Assembly (NCBI GenBank): GCA_003971905.1
Contig: RSEE01000057.1
Coordinates: forward strand, 310,001-374,000
Direction of reading: 5' to 3'
DNA from: Moniliella sp. 'wahieum'
Taxonomy: Eukaryota
DNA: 64,000 bases
Shown here: positions 12,337 through 22,816 of the stretch, piece after piece
Position numbering within the stretch: the stretch's first letter is position 1
How the letters are laid out: every line of letters begins with the position of its first letter
Program-made: the position numbers and the translations under genes
The notes under the pieces: model-generated
Told to the model about the DNA's origin: nothing
The model's input: the letters and a program-made list of their open reading frames with translations, nothing else
Database searches by the model: none

Positions 12337-15300
12337 TTAGCCCTTCGGGGGGGGTCGAGCCTGCGGGGAGGGACCGGAGACGGGGAAAAACCCAGTGACC
12401 AAGTGAGCCAGCTTACTGCCAGTACAGAAGTCTTCTTGCGGGTGGCGGTACAGGCCGAGCGCAGCCGGCGCTTGGTCCAAGTGATGTCCCACAAACCCAA
12501 TCAACGAGCGAAAAAAGAGCCCATTGAGGAACTTGAGGTCAATGTACTCTTGCGCTTCTTCCTTGGTGAACGCGCCCGAGTCGCGCAGCATGTCGACCAT
12601 CGCCACCGCGATCGCACCATCGTTGTTGATGAGGGGTCCTTCTTGCCGTCGTGACCTCCTGCAGCGCAGCGCATAATCCAACAAGCGATGCGACGCAAAG
12701 TGTTTCTGGACATAGTCCACCACCAACACCACCCGCTGGTCGGGTTTGCGCAGCGATGATCTTGTGCCCAATACCGGGAATGAGGCGTTTGCTGCTTGCG
12801 CATCGAGTCCACAAACTGACGCGGCGTCAGGTCCGCCATCGTACGCCTTGGAAAATTCAATCGCCGCGTCATCCAGCGCACCACCAAAGCGCGAGCCGAT
12901 GGTCAACAGCCCGAGCAGAGGGACGAGACCAGGTCCTTGCCCGCACGGGTGGTGATGATGGTGTTTATCGCACCCGAACGGGGACCATGGTCTGCACAGA
13001 GCATCAGCGCAATCTCAATCAACTTGGTGCACGGTTCCGGCAAACGACGCTGAACCACAGCGGCTAATCACCCCGCCACGCCATACCCGAGTTTGATCAC
13101 TTCGGAAATCGGCATGCCGCCATACTTGAGCTCCGTCCCGCGCTCGTCCGAATGGTAGAGATGATGCGGCTGGCTTGCGCACCATGCCCAGCTCGCGGGC
13201 CCAGGTGTAGTCGAGCGGGATGTTGGGAGGAGGCACTTCGGGAAGAGGCACAATGGTACCACTTGCCACCAACGCTATACGTTTCCCGCAGCACCTTGGG
13301 TAGGTCCTCAAACGTGTCCGGCACACAAAGCCGCTGCCTTCATCGCTGCGTTCTTTGCATTGGCCGTCTCAAGCTTCGAGTTGGCCATCGAGCCCGCATG
13401 GCCAAATTGCACCTCGGTCGTAACATGTCGGCGCACGTGCCAATGGCCCAAGCAACAATGGGCTTGCTGATGATGCCCTTCTTGACCGCCTCAATCACCC
13501 GATACTCCTCCACACCGCCCACCTCACAAGGAGGACAAGCAACTGCAGTTCGGGTCTTGCTCGTACCGGAGCAAGTGGTCAATGAACGTGGTGGAAGGGT
13601 AGCGGTCACCACCAATGGCGATGCCCTCGTACGTCCCGTCCGTGGTCAAGGCCAAAATGTTGTTCAACTCGTAGACATACCACCCGACTTGGACACATAG
13701 CCCACCGAGCCAGGACGGTAGAGCTTCGAGGACAAAATGTTGTCCATCATACCGCCACTGTTGCCAATCCGGAAGCAGCCAGGTTTGATGCCACCCACGG
13801 TAGCGGGACCAATGACCAGCACCTCGGCCTTCTTGGCGCGCCACAAAATCTCACGCGCATGGCGCTCGGGAACGCCCTCGGCAATCAGCGCCAGCGCGCG
13901 CAGTTGCGGGAATTGGAACACTTCGAGCGACGAAGTGTAGACAGAGCGGGAGGAGGCAAAGTTGACCACCACATCCACGTCGGGGTGCTTGCTGCACGCT
14001 TCGGCAGCGACGTGTAGACAGGGATGACCGTCTCCTTCGTGCCCCAGTAGAGCTTCTGCAAATGGTGGCCGCCAAAGGGTAGATCATAGCGGCAACCGAA
14101 GGCGTCTTACGGCCACAGCTAAAGTCAAAGTCCAGCATGCCCTGGATCGCACGCGCCTGCATGCCGTACACGAACGAACGCGTGTTCTCGTCAAAGGGGC
14201 GGTAGGCCGGGCGAGAAGACGCGCCCCTTGCTCGCACCACACACCTCGGCACTAGCCGTGGCCGTACCGTTCGCAATGGCGGCGCTAACGTTACCTTGGG
14301 CCGGAGCCGAGACGGGGGCCGATTTGGCCGCGGGGGTGGGGAAGCCGTCGCGACAGCTGTGGCCGAGGTGGCTTGAATGCCCAGCTGCACCTCCTCCATC
14401 GTCTTGAGCCCAAAGCAAGGGGCACAATGTCGGTAATGTGCGTCTCGGGACCAAACAGCAATGGGCACGCCCAAGTTGTCACCCAGAGGCATGTTGCGCA
14501 ACCCTTCTTGATAGTTGGGTCCACCGCGACGGACAAAGATCTGGACCTTGTGGTCAATCAGCTTGCCTTGGTACTCCTTCAACGCACGAATGATGCCTTT
14601 GAAGGTGGCAGCAACATTGGTAAAGTTGGCAATACCACCACCAATGATGAGGATCTTGCCGTCGGGGTGGGGAGCGCCGCGGTCATGAGGTCGAGCAGCG
14701 TGCTGGCATATTTCGTACGTCTGCGTCTCCGTCGGGGCACCCGAGTACTCGCCATAGTTGGCCAACTCGTGAGCAAAGCCATGCGCCGCAATCGCATCCG
14801 CGTACACCACCGACGCACCACCGCCAGCGACCATGGTCCAAATCCGCCCTGGCGTTGAGGACGTCAGCTTGAGCGAAGCACCCCGTGCCCGAGTCGAGCT
14901 GGCAATGTACGCCTCCTCCTTGGTCAAGTCGCGACCAAAAGGCGCGGCCAGAACATGGCGGGCCGCGCTCTTCGCCCTTGACAGTAGTGGCCGTCGTCGC
15001 CGCGCACCAGGCGGGGTCACGGGCAATCGCCCAGCGGGGACCACAGATGTACTCGGCCGTCTGGTCCAGCTTGGCCCCATGTCGAGATAGGCAATGGTGC
15101 CCTCGGCGGTGCAGACGAGCGGGTTGATCTCAAGGTAGGCAAAGTGCAGCTCGACGTAGACCGAGTAGAGACGAATCAAGAAATCCGTCAGGATCGCCTT
15201 CTTGCTTTCGGGCACGTGGGGCAGAAGAGTCGAAGTCCACTCTTCCCGCAACGGCACGGGCAGCGTAGGGTCGGCCGGGATGAGTAGCTTGAGTGCCTTG

Positions 15301-15927
15301 GCATCCACATCGCCCACATCCACACCGCCTTCGTGCGTGAACAACACATAGTCGCCTTCGCGCGTCGAGTTATGCAGACATAGTACTCCTCCTCGGGCTT
15401 GTGGGGGAACAAGGGCTCAACAATAAAGTTGTTCAGAGTACCAACAACCGTCTCGACCTGACGAAATTCAGTCAGCACCAAGCTGGTCCTTTGCAACCCA
15501 GACCCCCCCCGAGTGCAAACCAATGACAACAACGTACCTTCTGCGGCTTGCCTGCACGCTCGGCAATCCACTCCTTGGCCACGGGCCAATCAACGTTGAG
15601 CTTCAGCAAGCCCGCCTTACCACGGCGCTTGATCAGTTGGTCGGCTTGGCGACCAGCTTCGTGTTGAACACCCACGACGGCAGCTCCGAATCGGGGGGAG
15701 GGAGTCGGTGGCGACATCCCAGGCGACCTGGGCGACTTGCGGAGCGGGGGCGACAAAGTCAGCCGAACCCTCCACCTTGTTATTGAAGATGGGGACCTTG
15801 GGCAGCCAATAGTTGACCACCAGCTTGGCGTCGTCTCGCGGATCGCTGAAGGGCGGGAGGGCAAGCGTTGTTAGCGGAAATGAACACTCTGGGAAGAGTG
15901 ACGGGGGCACGCACCTTTGGACGACAT
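12337..15927 (-). CDS. ACL1: ATP-citrate lyase, single-chain (fused beta/alpha/citrate-synthase-like) type
   Basis: MSSK, intron 15914-15846, [144 protein letters not shown]. Many frameshifts. Confidence 0.95.
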
Positions 15928-17730
15928 GGGGAGGAAAGGGAGGGGGATCCCAGCAACACAGAGGTGGGGATGGGGGGATGAAGGTGGGAAAGAAGGAAAA
16001 GGCGCAGGGGACGAAGAAGGACGGCAACGGGCGGTGCAAGCACGGCGCGAAGCGAAGCCTGAGGTCCCGAGGCTTACCCCTGGGGCCCAGTGCGTGTCAA
16101 CGAGGCTGGCTGAGGGGCCACCTGGCCCACCGCACACAGCGCGCCGAGCACACCCAAACCAGGGGGGACGTTGGGGAGACTGGAGAGGCACGGCGGCAGT
16201 TGTGCGCACGGACGACGGAGATGGACACGAATCACATGCCGAGAAGCACCAACACCTACGTAGCGCCGCATGCGCGTCCAGGCACGGGGCACTCTCGGCT
16301 GGCTGGTTTCCTGTTTGTCCCGAGGGGGTCTCAGAGGCGGAGTCGCCAGTTCGCCTCACTTCCTCACTCGCCCCATGCTCAGAGGGGGAAAGACGGGGCA
16401 GGACAGTCGCAGGACCAGGCAAGCCGGGCGCGTGGAGGCGCACAACGCACCGCCCAGCTTGTAGGGAAACCGTTGGTGGAGCTGGCGTGAGTTCATCGAT
16501 CGGCCATCCATCATTAATCGATCATCGATTCTCGGCTTTGGATCTTGCATGTTAAAAAGGGGCCTTGCCGGCTGCCCTCCTGCCCCAACTTACCCGCCGC
16601 ACTGGGTGCCACAGGCGGCCGCTGCAGATCGGTGCATCTGGCGAGTCTCCTGCACCAGGTCAGCGTCTCAGGCGCTCAAGTGTCCAGGCGGAGCACGGGT
16701 GCCCGATGCATGCGTGAGAGAGAGATGAGATCGAGGATCAATTCGATCAGATTCCATCTGATGCATCCCAAAAGCGTCTTGACGGGCAGCAGGGGGGCAG
16801 TGTGGTGGCTCGGATGAGCCTGCGGAGGCGCTGCGGCGCTTGCTTTTTTTTTTCTGTTGCGCGCTGCGGAACTGCACCCACAATTCATATTCACCCACGC
16901 ACTCATATTCACAGTCTCTTTTTCCCCTTTTGATTCGCTGGAGCCAAGTGCCCTCTCTCACTCTCGTCAAACTTCGAAGTAGATGAAATCGAGAAGTTCA
17001 ACGTCAACGTTCAGCTCAGCGCCACACGTTCAGCTCGCTTCGATGGGAAGGCGGCGCCCGGCTTACCTTTCCTCTCCAGACTCGTACACACTAACTCATC
17101 GATCATCGACTGTCTTCCCCACCGGCCACCTCTATACCTTCCCAGCTCCCGCTCGTCGCCGCTGTCTGGATGATCGATGCTCGGTGATCGATGAGGCCCA
17201 TATGGGGCCATGTTGCCACGCAGCGGCGATAACAAGTAGCACGCTATTAGCGCGCAAAATAAACTTTGGGAATTCGTGGCGTTTGAACAGCATGTTCCGG
17301 GGTGGGGGGGCTGAGACGCTGAGCGCGCTGAACTGAACGTCACTACTTTTGATGACTTGTGCATTAAAAGCGCACAAGCCCCTGGTTGCATATGTTCAGC
17401 GCCTTCTGCCCGCATGCTGAAAGCTGCGGCGATATTCATGTTGCACGCACATCATAACGTAGCAGCTGCTATCTGGTGTGGCGCCAAGAGCCCAAGTTCG
17501 CCCAAGTCCGGTGTCCATTGATTTTTGCTGATGCCGTTGCTACATGTTGCCCACGTTATAGGCCCAGCCACGCAACCATGCGCACTGGCTAGCCAAAATT
17601 AACGCTCTGGTTTAGCGTGTGAAACGCTAACGTTTAACTTAATAACCCCTGGGTTTGACTTGACAAAATATGAGGCTTCAAGCTTCAAGCTTCACGGCTG
17701 CGGGGGTTGTAGAGACCGCAAGACCCTCGT

Positions 17731-17819
17731 TGATAATGAGCAACCCCCCAAAAACGCCATGGATAATTGATAACGCTTAACGCATTTTATCAATCGATTG
17801 ATTATCAGCAATCATATCA
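17731..17819. promoter_or_regulatory. Dense cluster of GATA motifs
   Basis: TGATAA 17731, GGATAA 17761, TGATAA 17768, TTATCA 17787, TTATCA 17802, ATATCA 17814; function not demonstrated. Confidence 0.35.
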
Positions 17820-20280
17820 GCGCAGCGACCAACACCACATGTGCAGAGAACCAGACAGATATGCGCTTTTCTCTAGCAGGAAGAGAAAGGAAATAGAACT
17901 AAGGAGCTTTAGTTCGACGCACACGGTCCGCCATATGCTGTTGCATAGTAGAATGAAGAGCAACAGGGGAGGTCCCTTTGTGTGCACTCACGCATATGAT
18001 CGATCCATTCTCCAAACAGTATGTGTGTGTAGAACGTTGTCCCGCGATGACGCGTGACGCGTGACGGCTCCGGGATCTCGATTAGACACGGACGACAAAT
18101 GAGCAAAAGCGTCAACTCCCAACATAACCCCATCCCCTTTTCGTTCCATCTCACTTTCATTCTCTTGAATTTCCTGTCTCTTTTCTCGTATATCGCGTAC
18201 CACTTCAATGGAAGGATGTGTGGGCAAAACACATGTATATGTGCCTTCCCGCGTGCCTTTTGAAGGTCATGCGCACATGGCGCTCATGGTTTAATCGTTG
18301 TGCACTCCATACAGTCTTCTTGTTACACATATCTCACCAATTTCCATGAACGCAACCGCGACGAAAACGTAGTGAATTTTCCTTGAAAAAGGTCCACTGC
18401 CAGTAGCCTCGCACCTTGAGATAACTGCGTTATCCAAATCGAGAATGATTAATGAGAGGTATACTATATACGCGAAAGGGAAGAGACCACAGATTTCAGT
18501 GACAGAGACAACAAATATGTAACAAGAGGATCAGATCGTTCGTGGGGGGAAAGAGGCAAGAAGCTTTGTATACATGTAGTACCAGGTTGAAGGGCCCTAC
18601 ATCATGATCTCGAATAACACGCCTCCCAAACAATATTGAGTTGCTTGATAAGCCGTCCCTCCCACATTGACGTATTCCTCTATTTTGCGCTCATATATGT
18701 ACGGCCCAGAACGAATTTTCTGGCGTCCTGCTCTCTCTCTCTTTCTCTCTCGCTCTCCTTTTGCGAACACGTTTAAGGCGAATCAAGGAGATAAAATATG
18801 AGTGATGGTCGAAGACGTTTTCTCTCTCACTTTTTCCAACCACTCCGCAAACAACAGTTACATCAATCGTCGCCGCCTCTGTTATATTGGAAATGGGATA
18901 TATCTGAGAACAATGATACAAACACGGACGTAATATGACGAGGTATATTCACTCCTAAACAACCGACGTTTTGGGGATGCAGAAACAGTGGTTCCCCCGA
19001 GAGTCAAGCCACTATAGATGCGACTTTATTGATTGTCCGGCGAGTTTCTGGCACAAAATATTCGTTCTCCTGATGGAGAGGCAGGAATATTCTCTAGCCT
19101 CTGTAGCTCACATGTACAACGCAATACACTTGTCGTCAGTTCCTGTTCTTGGTCTTCTACCAAGAAGAATGAAGAAATGCAGAAGAGCGATGATAGCGGA
19201 CAAGACAAGCTTATTGATAAAAGAGATAACAGTGGAATAATAATTGAACGGCTTATAGACAGCCGCGTCACATATGTTATAGGTAGTCTCATTTCCTCTC
19301 ACGTCTGGTGGTGTTGTGAGCCACAGTGGCTTATGGTGCGTTTGGCCAAGCTTTCCGTCAGTCTCCCTCATGAGGCCTAGAGGCTTTTCACAGCTTTCCC
19401 TTCTGTCTTTTCTTTATTTCTCGCAGCCCGGCGTGGCGACTGTGGTAGCTCGATGGCCCTCTTTATATTGACGACTTTAGTTGCCTTAACCCATCATCAA
19501 CATGAGCACAACAAGTACGATGACGTACCACGTGGGCCATCAGGATTCCACTTTTCGTCACCTAGTTACCCGGGGGTTTGGTAAAGACACTACCGCGAGA
19601 GGACCAGCATTTTCTTTATCATTCGTAGCCTCTTCTCTCAATATCTGCATTATCGTTCCGTTTCATTTCGCATGGACGTCACTCACATCTGTACCGCATA
19701 CATCGAGATCGCCCTCTTATCCATTGCATGCAATAGGCAACACAAAGCTCGCTTTATATAGTTGAGATCGGTAAATCGCAAACGAGGACGTCAGCTCACC
19801 TATAATATACCACAGTACTAGGCGGCACAGTACCATTAGTAATAGAAATGGGTAATCATGATGCCTAGTAAGCGATAACCGGGATGATTGACGATGAATA
19901 TGCAGCACTGTTTCGTACATGTTATCAGTTAGCATGCAACCACCACGGAACGCCTACGCAGAGTACGCCCAGGCGCTCAAGGGACAGCCTCTACACCACG
20001 GTCTCCTGCTGTATAGGCCTCCTTCGTGTGACATTTTTGAAGAGACGGGAGAATCATTATCATTAATCATGGCGCGTGGCGTGATCGCGTGATCACCCTT
20101 CAAGTTAAAACGATAGGAACCGGTACAATAGGAACCTGCACCGGAAAATGCGACTGCGACAGCGAGCGATACTGACCCTCTATCACGTGATTCTTCTTCT
20201 CCGCTTTCGGCCGACCTTGACAGATTAATGATACACGGATTTTTAATGCTCGGGCTGACCGCTTTTTCTTCACTACCACC

Positions 20281-22384
20281 ATGCAGCAATCGAAGACGGG
20301 GCCTCATCATCTCGCCATCGCTGCGCGGTCGCGTCCTGGTCATCGTCGGCACCAACCGCTTGGCAGTCAGTCGCCTTATTGCGGCTGCCAGTGCAGGCGC
20401 ATGGCCCGTGGTCGTCCCGCACCCATTGACGCCACAGCGCAGGCGCAGGCGTTGAACCGTGGACCGGCGCTGGAGGAAATCACAAGCCGCTCCGAGCGGG
20501 GCGAATGTGCCCTCCTCCCACCGCTTGCGACTGGATCTGAGCAGAGTGGGCTGAATTGCTGGCTGCTCTGGATACACAGCCATTGCCCAGCGAGCACGAC
20601 GCGATTCAGGCTTCCCAATACACACAGCGCGTCCTGGAGCACCTTTCTCAGCCTCCACCCTGGGTCGTCGCATGATGTGCCCCATGTGTTTGGTGTTTGC
20701 ATCACTGATACCCTTGCTCGTCGGGTGTGGCTGCCGAGTACGCGATAAGGTACGAGCGGTGGCCCAAGTGTTGGTGCAAGTATGCCGACGCGGCGCATCT
20801 TGATCAATGTGGCCGATATGCCCGATTGGTGCGATTTTCCCTCCCGGCCGCCCATCGTTTCAGCCTTCCGGATGGGCACGGATCCAAGTTGCAGCTCGCC
20901 ATCACTGCGAATGGGCAAGGGTGCCGTGTGGCAGGGCGAATCAAGCGAGATGTGGTGGCGTCGCTCCCGCGCAATGTGGCTGCCGCAGTCGAAAACATTG
21001 CACATCTCCGTCAGCTGGCACAACAACGGGATGCGCATACACCGCCACCGCCATCCTCGGTGCAGGAGGGGAACACTTCGACGACCCTACCCCCTTAAAT
21101 GCTGCCGTACCCCAGCTGGGGCCACGCCCCCCGGCAAGTGGAGGCACGTGCACACGAAACTACAGCAGCGCGGACTCAGCGTCGGATGCGATGGGTGGCC
21201 AAATGTCCGAGTACTGGCCACTGGACTACCTTGGTGCTTTGTCCGAGGCGGAGATGAGCGGATGGGACGAGTACGAAGCGTCTCCTTCTGCTACGCAAGC
21301 GGTAGCAAGCGAGGCGGATGGGAGCTCGCAGCACGGCTTGGCATGGTTAAGCCCCACGGCCGGTGTACCTTGTTGGCTCAGGACCTGGCCACCCGGGCCT
21401 GCTCACTCCTTGGCCCGTGACTTGCTCACCTCCTCACGGACGGATGTCGTGCTGAGCGACAAAACTTGTCCCGGCCCCAGTCTTGGCCCTGATCCACCCA
21501 CGACCAAACGATCATTGCGCGCAAGTTCCCTGGTAACGCCGAGGGTGCTCAGGCGGAGCTTCTCAAGCTGGCATGGGACTATGACGCGGGAGGGTAAGGT
21601 GGTGATCCGGTTAAAGCAGGGGGACCCATTTGTGTATGGGCCGTGGGGGCGAGGAGGTACTGTACCTTCGACAACGGGGGATTGAGCCGACTGTGGTACC
21701 GGGCGTGTCCTCTGCGCTGGCAGGACCGTGGCGCTGGGCATTCCGGTGACCCAGCGTGGGGTGGCCGACTCGATGGTGCTTGCCACGGGGTAGGGCGAGG
21801 CGGAAGCGCGACGGTGCTGCCAGGCTACAACGGGGGGCCGGTCGCTGGTACTGCTGGGAGGGCCCGGATCGAGGCGCTGGTGCGGACGCTGCTGGCACCT
21901 ACGGGCTCTGACGAGGCGGCAGGACGAGACGGGCGGCGTATCCTGCCCACGTTCCCTGCGCGGTGATGAGCGGGCGTCGGCCCGGATCAGCGGTGATTGC
22001 GGCCACTGGCGGAGATTGGGAGGGAGCTGCAGGGGTTGTTGGGGGAGCAGCGGCCCCGGGTGATCATGGTGGGCTGGGCTGTGCTGCGCTGGAGGGGGCG
22101 GGGGACATGGAGGTGCTGGAGGCATGGGGGGGCGGCGGAGGATGCGGCGCGGGTGGCGCGCTGGCTGGACGGCCGGGCGTTTGTGGGCGGGAGGGGCTGG
22201 CGGGGGGCTGGCCGAGGGGCTGGCCAAGGCGCGCGTGGACGCAGGCGCGGCGCGCCGCGGGCGACCCAGCGAGCGGAGGTGGCCGAGACGCGGGGCGTCG
22301 ACGGCTGGGCGCCGGGGGGTATGCGGCGGCGCGGCGGGCCTCCAAGGCGGCTGGACTGCGGGCGAGCAGCGGGCGGAATGTTAA
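20281..22384 (+). CDS. MET1: Siroheme synthase (CysG-like): N-terminal precorrin-2 dehydrogenase/ferrochelatase-like region plus uroporphyrinogen-III C-methyltransferase
   Basis: Pieced across frames: LRGRVLVIVGTNRLAVSR, LINVADMPDWCDF, LQLAITANGQGCRVAGRIKRDVVASLP, QMSEYWPL, GSGPGHPGLLT, DVVLSDK, RKFPGNAEGAQ, VIRLKQGDPFVYG, PGVSSALAGP, GIPVTQRGVA, VIMVGWAVL. Stop position approximate. Confidence 0.88.
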
Positions 22385-22816
22385 TGAGATGGGATCGATG
22401 GCAGCAGATGTGCGGCAAATGCGGGGTAAACAGAAAAAACATAGGCCAGGCAGCTTCTGCAGCGTGGCGGAATTGGCTGCGTGCCCGCGCCGGCTGCCTG
22501 CGGGCGGAAGGTTCTGGGCGGCGGAGACGCATTAGCGCTTATACGCATTTGGTTCTCGTCTGTTCCCCACGTCGGCTCGCTGCTGGAAGACGCTGCTGGG
22601 GGCTGCTCGCGTGTCTTCTGCCGTGCTTCAGCGTGCCGCGCGTCCTCCGCCTGCCTGCGCGCGTCTTTCTTTCTTTGCGGCGCGGTGGTTATGAAGCCGC
22701 GCTGTGCGTTGCCTCTCGGTCTCCTGTCTCTGTCGCTGTTGCTGTCGCTGTCGCTGTCTCTGTCGCCGCCGTCGCCGCCGTCGCTGCCACGGCCTCTGCG
22801 TGTCGCTGCGTCCGCC

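Noticed and set aside
12337..15927. ACL1 and other genes as pseudogenes or programmed-frameshift genes
   Set aside because: Frameshifts are scattered through all genes, including essential ones, with no consistent slippery motif; sequencing error is far more parsimonious.
17349..17423. Second C/D snoRNA (TTGATGA ... CTGA)
   Set aside because: Only a 3-4 bp terminal stem, an imperfect C box and no guide element; too weak on its own.
17760..20230. Mating-type locus or transposon in the low-GC island
   Set aside because: No pheromone-receptor, homeodomain, CAAX-pheromone, transposase or reverse transcriptase motifs, and no terminal repeats found.
20281..22384. Fused Met8/Met1-like architecture and fused ATP-citrate lyase as novelties
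   Set aside because: Both architectures are already known in basidiomycetes and other fungi.
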